A stretch of 64,000 bases of DNA from Candidatus Latescibacterota bacterium (lineage in GTDB: Bacteria; Latescibacterota; UBA2968; GCA-2709665): assembly GCA_965248435.1 (NCBI GenBank), contig OZ252100.1, positions 2,848,001 to 2,912,000 on the forward strand. Reading direction: 5' to 3'. The translations under genes and the position numbers were made by a program. Shown here piece by piece: positions 49,736 through 58,649 of the stretch (within the stretch, counting starts at the first letter, position 1; each line of letters begins with the position of its first letter). Under the pieces are notes generated by a model that made no database searches, had not been told where the DNA came from, and saw only the letters and a program-made list of their open reading frames with translations.

Positions 49736-49813
49736 TGATTTTGTTACAAACATTCATCGAAGAATTATCTTGAGTCGTCTGATATTCCCCATCACTCAAG
49801 AAGGACAGTAGAG

Positions 49814-51172
49814 ATGCCGCCAAATTCGAAACAGACCCGAACCGAATCCGATCTGCTCGGCGAAATCGAAGTCCCCACCGAGGCACTATACGGGGCATGG
49901 ACGCAGCGGGCCGTCTTGAACTTTCCCACAGGTAATCAGAGGACGATCGGGAGCCTGCCCGTCCTCATCGAAGGGTTGATGGCCATCAAGCAGGCCGCGG
50001 CACGCGTGAACGCCCGCAACGGTTTTTTGCCACAAGAAAAAGCGAATGCGATCGTCGACGCTGCTAAGTCGGTTCTGAGCGAACCGCACTTCGATCAGTT
50101 TCCCGTCCACGCCCTCCACGGCGGCGGCGGCACAAGCGCCAACATGAACACGAACGAGGTCGTGGCGAACCTGGCCGAAGAGCGCCTGGGTGGAACGCGC
50201 GGACAGTACCGGATCATCCACCCGAACGACCACGTCTCCCTGCATCAGTCCACGAACGACGTCTATCCCACCGCGTGTCACATCGCCATTCTCCTCCAGT
50301 GGCCGGCGGTCGAGAGCGCATTCGATCGGCTGCGACTGTCACTCGAGAAAAGGGCGGATGAACTCCGCGATCAGCGCAGAATCGGTCGAACCTGTCTGCA
50401 GGACGCGGTCGACATCACCTTCGGTGATCTGCTGGGCGGGTATGCCTCGTATTTGAAGCGAGCTGGCGGAAGGGTAAGCGAAGCTGTGGATGAGCTCCAC
50501 AGCGTGAACCTGGGAGGAACGATCGTTGGAAGGCCGGAAGATGTGCCGGAACCCTACTTCGATCAGATCGTGGCCGAACTCGCCGAAGTCACGGACGACG
50601 CCGCGTTCAGGAGAGCAGACAACCTGTTCGATGCGGCACAGAATCTGGACGACGTGGCCAACGTCGCTTCACAGCTCGACGGCCTGGCGCGTGGATTGAT
50701 CAAAATCGGTCAGGACTTCCGATGGATGGGTTCGGGGCCGGAGGCTGGGCTTCAGGAAGTCGAGCTTCCCCCGATGCAGCCCGGCTCAACGTGCATGCCA
50801 GGGAAACTGAACCCTGTGATTCCCGAATTTCTGATCCAGGCCGGATTTCAGGTCATCGGCTCCAATGCGGCGTGCCAGGTCGCCCTGGAGCACGGTGAAC
50901 TGGACATCAACATCTGGGAGAGCACGTTCGTTTTCAATATCCTCGAAGCCATGGAGATGCTCACCACGGCCGTGACGCAATTCGAGGAGAGATGTATTCG
51001 CGGCTTCGTTGTGAACGAGGAGCGAAACAGCCGCAACGCCGATTCCATCATCGCCCTTTTGAGACGACTGACCCTGCGCTACGGCTATTCGAAGATCAGC
51101 GACGTCTGCAGGGAATCCTATCAGGATCCGGATCGGTTGAGAGAGCTGCTGAGTGAACGCGGCTATGTCTAG
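49814..51172 (+). CDS. Aspartate ammonia-lyase / class II fumarase family lyase
   Basis: GGGGTSANMNTNEV, HPNDHV, QSTNDVYPT, GRTCLQDA, GSTCMPGKLNP. Confidence 0.88.
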   Translation: MPPNSKQTRTESDLLGEIEVPTEALYGAWTQRAVLNFPTGNQRTIGSLPVLIEGLMAIKQAAARVNARNGFLPQEKANAIVDAAKSVLSEPHFDQFPVHALHGGGGTSANMNTNEVVANLAEERLGGTRGQYRIIHPNDHVSLHQSTNDVYPTACHIAILLQWPAVESAFDRLRLSLEKRADELRDQRRIGRTCLQDAVDITFGDLLGGYASYLKRAGGRVSEAVDELHSVNLGGTIVGRPEDVPEPYFDQIVAELAEVTDDAAFRRADNLFDAAQNLDDVANVASQLDGLARGLIKIGQDFRWMGSGPEAGLQEVELPPMQPGSTCMPGKLNPVIPEFLIQAGFQVIGSNAACQVALEHGELDINIWESTFVFNILEAMEMLTTAVTQFEERCIRGFVVNEERNSRNADSIIALLRRLTLRYGYSKISDVCRESYQDPDRLRELLSERGYV

Positions 51173-51259
51173 CTGACCTGCAAGGTGCGAAGAACCGATT
51201 TCAATTGGGGCACCCTGACTCAGGCTCGGGGTTCCCCAATCGCGTTTAAAGGAGTCACC

Positions 51260-54112
51260 GTGTCAGGCATCGTAACCGTATCGGATGAGCGCGCGGTCTA
51301 CCGCGTGCTCCAGCGACCCCGCAACATCGTGGTCCCTGCTGAGGCCAATGCGCTCGACGGATTCGTGTCCGACACGTCCAGCGCGTACCGGAATCGCTCC
51401 ATCGTACGCGAGCGGCTCCACTGCGCGACCCGCACGCCCAGTACGCTCGAGATGGGGAATTCCTTCACCGGCAGCCATTTTCTCGGGGTGGCCATGCAGG
51501 ACGCTTCCGAAGGAGACGAGCCATTCGAGCTTTGGATGGGCAACCGGAAACTGGCCGAAGCCTGTGCTGATACCAACGACAATCGAGTACACCTGTTCGT
51601 CATCAAAGAGCCGCTTCACCTCAAAGGTGGCGAAAGCATCCGGCTCGTGACGGGGGCGAACGAACGACCCTATCGTATCGAGTCGATTGCCCTGCTCAAG
51701 CGGCGGCCCAAGGCCTGCCCAAGGTCAGTGATGAGGCCCCTCAAATTGCCCAAGCCCAAGCGCCGCCCCGGCCTCAGAGCAAGGCGCATCGCGCTCACGA
51801 TTCAGGTCCGCCAGGGTGCGCAAGCAAAACGCTTTCCTCTTACGACAGGGATTCCCCTTCCAGTTGGACATCTTTACGATGCCAGGCGTGTCGAGCTGCT
51901 CGATTCGTCCAGACGGCCGATTCCGGTTCAGGTGCGCGCCAACGGCCAGTGGCCCGACGGCAGTGTGCGTTGGCTACTCGTCGACTTTCAGCACGATCTA
52001 ACCTCAAATGATCGGAACGTGACTCTTCGCTACGGCCGAGACGTGTCGCGACTTGCGCGCGGCAAGCCGCTGGCCATTGACGCGAAGGGTGGTGTGCAGA
52101 TCGACACCGGCGCGGCGAAACTCCTCGTGCCGAGGAATGGGTTTGTCCTGCCCGGTCGAGTGCAGCTAGAAGATGGGTCGACGGTAGTCGAAGCCGTGCC
52201 GAAGGGAGGTATCAGACTAAAGACTGCGGACGGCAAGGTCTACACCTCGCGCGGCAAGGTCGACTGGATCGAGGTCGTGGAAGCAGGACCGCTGCGTGCG
52301 GTAGTGAAGGTCGAGTGCCGGCACCTCGATTCGCGCGGGCGTTCGATGTTCCGTTCGACGGCGTACATCCACGCCTATGCAGGCAAGGCGTGGTTTCGGG
52401 TCAGCTACACCTTCACCAACGACAACACCACGGCCGAGTTCACGAACGTGCGTGAACTGACGCTGTCGACGCGCCTGGTTCCACGACCCGGAATGGCGAC
52501 GTCTGTCTTTCAGGATTTCGACAACCACTTCACACTCTCTACAGACGGCCGGCGCCGACAAGAAGGTCGACGCCACAGCGGTCTGCTGATGTCTAAGACG
52601 AAGGCGGGAGCCTGCGCCGTCGCCGTGCAGAATTTCTGGCAGAACTATCCCAAAGGACTCACTCTCGGTCGCAAGAGCATCGGGGTCGGTATCTGCCCGG
52701 ACGTTTCTGATGTGGACTACCGGGTCGGCGGGGTCGAGGAGGACCGGCTCTTTTATCACCTGTCAGAGGGGGCACACAAATTCAAGTGCGGGATGTCGCG
52801 TACGCACGAGCTGTTCTACGGCTTCGCGCCCCGTGGCAGCGGTCGAGACCTCCAGCGGCAGGCAAGGGCATTCCTGCAGACCCCGGTCGTCCGTGCGGAA
52901 CCCGAAGTCTACGTGCGAAGCGGCGCGGTTGGCCAGATGGCGTACAGGTCCTCAGTCACCGGTTTCTACGAGCACTGGAGCGAGGGCGCTCGAGCGCAGT
53001 TCCTCGCAGATCGGAAGAGACGCCGGGCCTACGGAATGATGAATTTCGGCGATTGGTTCGGTGAACGGCGCTACAACTGGGGCAACCTGGAATACGACAC
53101 GCCGTGGGTGTTCCTGAACGAATTCATCCGGGGCGGAGGGCCAGAGTGGTTCGAACTCGGAGCGCAGGCCGCGCGTCACCTGGTGGACGTGGACACCTGT
53201 CACGCGTCATCCGAGTTCGACGCAGTCGGCAGCCAGTATGCGCACTGCATGGGCCACGTCGGCGGCTATTACCCGCAGGGTTATCGAGAGATGGCCAAGA
53301 CTGAGGGGACCACAACTGTTGCACACACGTGGGTCGAGGGCCTGTTTCTGTATCACGGTCTCACCGGCGATACGCGGGCGCTCGACGCGGCCAGAGCCGC
53401 CTGCGACAACATGGCCGGGACCGTGGATGGCAAGACGTTCGACTTCACCAACTGCCGCAACCCGGGGTGGTTGCTGATCCATATGTGCGCGGGTTACCGC
53501 GCCACGCTCGAAAAACGCTATCTGAACGCGGCCCACATCGTGGTCGAGCGCGTACTCGAACGGCAGCGCGAGTCCGGCGGCTGGGAGCGCATGTTGAGGC
53601 CCGGTCACTGCTACTGCGATCCGCCTCGCCACACGGGCAACGCCGCGTTCATGGTCAGCCTGCTGATGGCTGGACTCAAGCGCTACCATCAGATCACCCG
53701 CGACCCGCGGGTAAGGCGCTGCATCATTCGAGCTGCCCACTACGTTATCGATTCATACTGGGTGGAGGAAACACGCACGTTTCGCTACACGAACTGCCCG
53801 CACATCTGGGTGCACGTGTCCATGAACCCGCAGATGCTCGAGGGCCTGGGCTACGCATGGCAACTGTCGAAATCGAGGGTGATCGGAGAGGTGCTCGTGG
53901 GGGCGGTGGAGCGCTGCTTCGCGGCCACAGATTCGGAGAGCCGCGCCGATCGAACCCTGTCCGTGGAGGTGCCAGGATATCCCAGGCGCGAGTTCAATGA
54001 GGAGGCGGATCAAGGCTTCGGAAAGATGATCTCGTTGCGGATGCGGCAGGCCCCATTTGCGCTTTTCGACTATGAGAAGGCCAAGGCCGCTAGAGGAGCA
54101 GACTGTTCCTAG
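51260..54112 (+). CDS. Large hypothetical protein, possibly exo-rhamnogalacturonan lyase (YetA/PcRGLX)-like
   Basis: PLTTGIPLP.G, WPDGSVRWLLVDF, GPLRAVV, FWQNYPK, YGMMNFGDW, WGNLEYD; AAGGAG before GTG 51260. Confidence 0.6.
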   Translation: MSGIVTVSDERAVYRVLQRPRNIVVPAEANALDGFVSDTSSAYRNRSIVRERLHCATRTPSTLEMGNSFTGSHFLGVAMQDASEGDEPFELWMGNRKLAEACADTNDNRVHLFVIKEPLHLKGGESIRLVTGANERPYRIESIALLKRRPKACPRSVMRPLKLPKPKRRPGLRARRIALTIQVRQGAQAKRFPLTTGIPLPVGHLYDARRVELLDSSRRPIPVQVRANGQWPDGSVRWLLVDFQHDLTSNDRNVTLRYGRDVSRLARGKPLAIDAKGGVQIDTGAAKLLVPRNGFVLPGRVQLEDGSTVVEAVPKGGIRLKTADGKVYTSRGKVDWIEVVEAGPLRAVVKVECRHLDSRGRSMFRSTAYIHAYAGKAWFRVSYTFTNDNTTAEFTNVRELTLSTRLVPRPGMATSVFQDFDNHFTLSTDGRRRQEGRRHSGLLMSKTKAGACAVAVQNFWQNYPKGLTLGRKSIGVGICPDVSDVDYRVGGVEEDRLFYHLSEGAHKFKCGMSRTHELFYGFAPRGSGRDLQRQARAFLQTPVVRAEPEVYVRSGAVGQMAYRSSVTGFYEHWSEGARAQFLADRKRRRAYGMMNFGDWFGERRYNWGNLEYDTPWVFLNEFIRGGGPEWFELGAQAARHLVDVDTCHASSEFDAVGSQYAHCMGHVGGYYPQGYREMAKTEGTTTVAHTWVEGLFLYHGLTGDTRALDAARAACDNMAGTVDGKTFDFTNCRNPGWLLIHMCAGYRATLEKRYLNAAHIVVERVLERQRESGGWERMLRPGHCYCDPPRHTGNAAFMVSLLMAGLKRYHQITRDPRVRRCIIRAAHYVIDSYWVEETRTFRYTNCPHIWVHVSMNPQMLEGLGYAWQLSKSRVIGEVLVGAVERCFAATDSESRADRTLSVEVPGYPRREFNEEADQGFGKMISLRMRQAPFALFDYEKAKAARGADCS

Positions 54113-54196
54113 GAGCAGTTAGACCAATATTCCACGCGCGTGGAATATCTTCGAAGTTGCGGAGCTCAGGCATATCCTACCATGATGGTTTCCTGG

Positions 54197-54314
54197 TTTT
54201 CGTGGAATTTCGTGTCCTTCGTGATCTCCGCAATCCCAAATCCGCACTCCACAACGCCTCACGTTCCCCGGTACCCGTGTTTTTATTCCCCGGTACCCGG
54301 TCTTTCACACGGCC
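54197..54314. repeat. Composite intergenic repeat, copy 2; overlaps the recJ 3' end
   Basis: Same module order as 37085-37213. Confidence 0.75.
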
Positions 54315-55986
54315 GCATGTCTTTTACTTCAAGCTCCACTTTCTGATAACCATTCCACGTATTCTTGACCAGTGAAAACGCCACATCCACTCGTTTGCCC
54401 GCAGAGAGGAGTTTGGCGAGGTCTCCCTGTCGCCACCAGATCGCCCCGAGAACCTGCTTATCCATCTCTAGCTTCATCTTGAGGTGTGTCCCGCCATCAC
54501 CTACCGTATCCACGGCGCGAATGTCACACCCTTTCACCATAAAGCACGGCGATTCGTTCAAAGGCCCGAACGGTTCCAGCGCATCGATGAGCGACACCGA
54601 TCTCAGCGAGATGTCAGAAGGAGCCAGCTCCGCATCGATCTCCAGTCGAGGGGTGAGCGCCTCATCCGTCAGGGATTGATTGGCGTCCTGGATCAGCCGG
54701 TCGCGAAAGGTCTCGAAGTTCTTCGCCGGCAACGTGAAGCCGGCAGCTGCCGCGTGGCCCCCGAACTCGCTAAGCAGATCGGCGCATTTGAAAATCGCCT
54801 CGAAAATATTGTAGCCGCCCGAAGATCGCGCCGAGCCGGTAAACGTGCCGTCCTTTCTGACCCCTGTGCAGATGGCCGATGGGCGCGCATACGCCTCCGA
54901 TAAACGGCCGGCGATCAGACCGATGACACCCAGATGCCAATCCTCACCCGGAACGACCAGGATCCTGTCCCGAAACAGCTCACCTCTTTCCACCTGGCCG
55001 CGCGCCTCGTCGATGCCCGCGTTCTGCAGTTCCATCCTTTGTGCATTCAGCGCGTTCAACGCTTCGGCCAAACCTTGAGCCTTGGCTTCGTCCGGGCTCC
55101 GAAGAAGGTCCAGAGCAAGCTCAGCTGAGCCTAGCCGGCCCGCGCTGTTGATTCTGGGACCGAGGAAGAACGCGATCGCCGTCGTATTCACAGGTTTGTC
55201 CGCCGAACCCGCCACCTCTTTGAGCGCCCGAAGTCCGGGTCTCGCCGTCTTGTCCATCACCCGCATCCCTCTCCGGGTCAGCAGTCGGTTTTCGGAAACC
55301 ATCGGCGCAACATCCGCCACGGTTCCTAGCGCAACCAGGTCCAGGAGAGAATTCAGGTAGGGCACCCTCTCTTCACGGCTCATTAGATCCATCGAAGCGG
55401 CCTGGACCACCTTAAAGGCAACACCCACGGCCGCCAGACCCTTAAAAGCGTAACCACAATCCGATCGGTTCGGGTTCACGATAGCTACAGCGGCCGGCAG
55501 TCGTTCCTGCGGATGGTGGTGGTCGACCACCACGACGTCCACGCCCGCCTCACGCGCGATGTCGATCGCCTCGAACGAGGAAATGCCGTTGTCGGCCGTC
55601 AGGATCAGCTGCGCGCCTTCTGCCAGAGCACGCTCGACCCCGGGTGGCTTCATTCCGTAGCCGTCTCGAAATCGATCAGGGAGGAGGGCCACCGCATCAA
55701 TCCCGATACGCTCGAGGAAGTCCATCAATACCGCAGTACTCGTCACCCCGTCGACATCGTAGTCGCCGAACACGACCACGCGCTCACCCTTCCTCCGGGC
55801 ATCTAGAATCCGACTCACCGCACGGTCCATGTCCTGCATCTTAAGGGGGTCCAGTAGAACCTCGGGAGCGTCCGAGATATCCTCGCGGGTCAGCGATCGG
55901 TTCTTCAGAAGCATATCCATCAAGGAATTGTAGGCATCCCGATGCCTGAGATGCCATATGGGATACTGCTGCATCGTTGCCGTCAA
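54283..55986 (-). CDS. recJ: Single-stranded-DNA exonuclease RecJ
   Basis: GDYDVDG, DNG, VDHH, LGTVADV, PRINSAGR, GSARS, GGHAAAAG. Confidence 0.96.
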   Translation of the reverse strand: MTATMQQYPIWHLRHRDAYNSLMDMLLKNRSLTREDISDAPEVLLDPLKMQDMDRAVSRILDARRKGERVVVFGDYDVDGVTSTAVLMDFLERIGIDAVALLPDRFRDGYGMKPPGVERALAEGAQLILTADNGISSFEAIDIAREAGVDVVVVDHHHPQERLPAAVAIVNPNRSDCGYAFKGLAAVGVAFKVVQAASMDLMSREERVPYLNSLLDLVALGTVADVAPMVSENRLLTRRGMRVMDKTARPGLRALKEVAGSADKPVNTTAIAFFLGPRINSAGRLGSAELALDLLRSPDEAKAQGLAEALNALNAQRMELQNAGIDEARGQVERGELFRDRILVVPGEDWHLGVIGLIAGRLSEAYARPSAICTGVRKDGTFTGSARSSGGYNIFEAIFKCADLLSEFGGHAAAAGFTLPAKNFETFRDRLIQDANQSLTDEALTPRLEIDAELAPSDISLRSVSLIDALEPFGPLNESPCFMVKGCDIRAVDTVGDGGTHLKMKLEMDKQVLGAIWWRQGDLAKLLSAGKRVDVAFSLVKNTWNGYQKVELEVKDMRPCERPGTGE

Positions 55987-56359
55987 AGCTTGAGAAATAG
56001 CCTTCTCCTTCTCTTAGAAACTTAACCCCTATGCCGGGGCTACGGGTCACCAAGTCCCCTCTGAGGAGGGGTATTTCGGCGAAACCGATCGGTCATAATA
56101 GATTTCGGTCACTCCAATTCCGGAGGCAGTGCAGTACGTCATCGGCTCCAGACTCACGACGTATAACCAAACAGTGATCACCAAAATCCCCTCCTGGGTC
56201 GGGGTGGGTCACAATAGGGTTTCTGCCCATCAGACCCACCCCTAAATCCCCCCCCCAAGGAGGGCACTCTAACAATCGCACCAAACGCTTTCCGGGGTGT
56301 CCCGGCAAGGCCGGGACGGGGTGGGAGCGGTGAACATTCAAATAAATTGGAAAAAGGAC

Positions 56360-56387
56360 TAAAGTTTGCTCAAGTCAAAGCCGATAC
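56360..56387 (+). promoter_or_regulatory. Sigma-28 (FliA/SigD)-type promoter
   Basis: TAAA-N16-GCCGATAC with extended TAAAGTTT. Confidence 0.7.
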
Positions 56388-56523
56388 TGGGGATAGGGAG
56401 TAGAACTCCCTTCCCTGGAAGCAGCCCTCGGACGGACTCGGGGAACCCGAACGCCCGACGCACACGCCTCATCCGGGATGATGGGGGAGAAAATCGCAGG
56501 AAGTGAAACAGAAGGGGAAAGGG

Positions 56524-56692
56524 AAAAAACAAAGCCGACCTCACCCCCGGCAGGCCGAATCGCCTAAAGGGGATGCGGAACCGGCGCAAAGCAGGGAGGC
56601 AAGCCGTCGAAGCAGGAAGCCGCTTGGTCCGGCCCCCCTTTCGCCTAGGGAAGGGGGGTCCCTGTTTGTCTGGGAATGAGGTCAGCTTAACA
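56524..56692 (-). ncRNA. Candidate structured small RNA of about 160 nt
   Basis: 17-bp closing stem (56672-88 with 56532-48) containing three G-U pairs that work only on the minus strand; three internal hairpins; U-rich tail; starts just below a sigma-28 box. Confidence 0.6.
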
Positions 56693-56699
56693 CTATAGA

Positions 56700-56726
56700 C
56701 TATCGGCATTTAGCGTTCGATCTTTA
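56700..56726 (-). promoter_or_regulatory. Sigma-28-type promoter
   Basis: Minus strand TAAA-N15-GCCGATAG. Confidence 0.7.
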
Positions 56727-56741
56727 CCGATGTCTTTGGGT

Positions 56742-56768
56742 TAAATCCCCGAGAAAACTAGCCGACCC
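56742..56768 (+). promoter_or_regulatory. Weaker sigma-28-like promoter
   Basis: TAAA-N15-GCCGACCC. Confidence 0.4.
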
Positions 56769-56925
56769 CACCCGTTCCGGGCACCGATTCCTTCAAAATC
56801 TACACAATCTGAACCATCTCGGCGTCCTTCGCCTTTGGCGACTGCGTTGTCTGGTGTATATTTGGGCGATCGTGTCATATCAGCACGTCCTCAAAGCCCC
56901 CATCACCTATCCCACGGTTCCGATC

Positions 56926-57318
56926 TTGCCCAGAATCCTCCTGGCGGAAGATGCCGTTTCGGCGATGATTCTTGCCCGTGTCCTCTTCGACGACCCCGAC
57001 CTCCAGATCGACGTCGTCACGGACGGTCGCCGTGCGCTGGAGCGCCTGAATCAGGCCCCCAAAGCCTTCGATCTGGTCATCCTGGGCTATGACGTGCCTG
57101 GGGTCAGCGCCCCCGAATGCGTCGCCTTCATCAAACAGATGTTCCGCCGACTTCCCATCCTCGTCCTCACAGAATCTCTCGAAGAAAACCAACTCAGCGA
57201 GCTGGCCGAACTTGGCATTCGGCAGGATCGTGTCCTGGAAAAGCCGATCGAGCCCGAGACCTTCGCGGCCAGAGTCAAAGGAGTCCTGTCCGAAGGAAAT
57301 CGGTTCAGGCCCCCATAA
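56926..57318 (+). CDS. Atypical (pseudo-)receiver domain protein; start uncertain
   Basis: RILLAED...FDLVILGYDVPG...LT...KP; Gly at the phospho-acceptor Asp position. Confidence 0.75.
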   Translation: MPRILLAEDAVSAMILARVLFDDPDLQIDVVTDGRRALERLNQAPKAFDLVILGYDVPGVSAPECVAFIKQMFRRLPILVLTESLEENQLSELAELGIRQDRVLEKPIEPETFAARVKGVLSEGNRFRPP

Positions 57319-58093
57319 TATTGTAGCCCCCATCCACGTGCAGCACCTCTCCCGTAACCCCGCTGGAAAGATCGCTCAAAAGAAACAGTCCCGTCTTCCC
57401 GACTTCCTCCTGGGTGATGTTCCGCCCCAGCGGCGCGCGATCCTGATACATCTGGAGAAAATCGGTGAACCCCTTCACGCCCCTCGCGGAGACCGTGCTG
57501 ATCGGGCCTGCCGAAAGTGCGTTTACGCGGATGTTCCGGGGCCCAAGCTCATAAGCAAGCTGTCGAACCGCGTGTTCCAGCGCAGCTTTCGCACTCCCCA
57601 TCACATTGTAGGACCGAAAGACTTTTTCAGAGGCCATATAGGTCAGCGTCAGGATCGTGCCGCCATCAGTCATCAGGGACGCGGCGGCCCGGGTCATCCT
57701 CACGAATGAATAGGCGCTGATATCCAGCGCGATCTGATAGGCCTCACGCGAGGTCTCCATAAAGGCACCCTGCAGGGCCTCGCGGGGCGCGAACGCGATG
57801 CAGTGTGCGAAGCAATCCAGCTGCCCGACCTCGCTCTTGACGAAATCGAACAGGCCCTGGATTTGATCATCTTCCCCGACATTGCAGGCTTCAGGAGGAA
57901 TAACAACGTCGTCGCCCCATCCTTTCAGGTCTGTCAGCTTCTGGATGCTCCCGCGTTCTCGATCCCCCACGTAAGGCAGGATCAGCTTTGCCCCGGCAGA
58001 ATACAAGGCCTGCGCAATCCCCCAGGCGATGCTCCATTTATTCGCAACGCTGGCGACCACGGCAACCTTGCCGCTCAAATCAATCCCGTACAT
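57305..58093 (-). CDS. fabI: Enoyl-ACP reductase FabI
   Basis: ANKWSIAWGIA, HCIAFA, YNVMGSAKAALE, SAGPI, TGEVLHVDGG. Confidence 0.95.
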   Translation of the reverse strand: MYGIDLSGKVAVVASVANKWSIAWGIAQALYSAGAKLILPYVGDRERGSIQKLTDLKGWGDDVVIPPEACNVGEDDQIQGLFDFVKSEVGQLDCFAHCIAFAPREALQGAFMETSREAYQIALDISAYSFVRMTRAAASLMTDGGTILTLTYMASEKVFRSYNVMGSAKAALEHAVRQLAYELGPRNIRVNALSAGPISTVSARGVKGFTDFLQMYQDRAPLGRNITQEEVGKTGLFLLSDLSSGVTGEVLHVDGGYNIMGA

Positions 58094-58127
58094 GTCGTCC
58101 CTTCCTTACGTTTCGCAACCGGGTTGA

Positions 58128-58472
58128 TCATCCTGAATCCAGGTCGCCCAGGGCCTCCAACAGCTCCTCTTTCGCGTGCATCTCCCCGGCCTTATCTGCC
58201 ACCTCAACGCCCTTCCTGAGAATGTCGGCGGCCTCCGGTTCCTGCCCCAATTCCATCAAAAGAACGCCATATTGGTAATAGGTCGCCAAATAGTCCGGAG
58301 ACCGATCAATGAGTCCCATAAAGAGCCGAGCTGCTTGCTCCCCTTCTCCCGCCTTCACAAACTCCAGCGCCAGCGCATATTGAGCGAATTCATCTTCAGG
58401 CTGGCGCTCAAGGATGGCCTTCAGCATCTCGATACGCGAACTCACGATTGCCCTTTCGTGTGAACATCCCAT
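58128..58472 (-). CDS. Small tetratricopeptide-repeat protein
   Basis: PEDEFAQYALALEF...PDYLATYYQYG. Confidence 0.82.
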   Translation of the reverse strand: MGCSHERAIVSSRIEMLKAILERQPEDEFAQYALALEFVKAGEGEQAARLFMGLIDRSPDYLATYYQYGVLLMELGQEPEAADILRKGVEVADKAGEMHAKEELLEALGDLDSG

Positions 58473-58537
58473 CCAAACGCGTAGAAACTACACCAGACAC
58501 AGAGCAAAGTCAATCGGCTTCGGCCTTCCGGACTCCT

Positions 58538-58566
58538 TGACTCCGCTTCACCCCATCACTAACTTT
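58538..58566 (+). promoter_or_regulatory. Sigma-70-like promoter for the ybjN-pspA operon
   Basis: TTGACT-N17-TAACTT. Confidence 0.4.
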
Positions 58567-58649
58567 GTTGAAACCCACGGATGCCTTCTTGCATCTAATA
58601 GACGGTCTTCAGATTTCAGAAATAGAGGTCACTCACAAGAGGAGTTCTA

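Noticed and set aside
56410-56430. SRP RNA suggested by GGAAGCAGCC
   Set aside because: The upstream CAGG-GNRA helix-8 context is missing.
56524-56692. 6S RNA identity for the structured RNA
   Set aside because: The predicted fold is multibranched rather than a long rod with a central bubble; an Rfam scan is still needed to exclude it.
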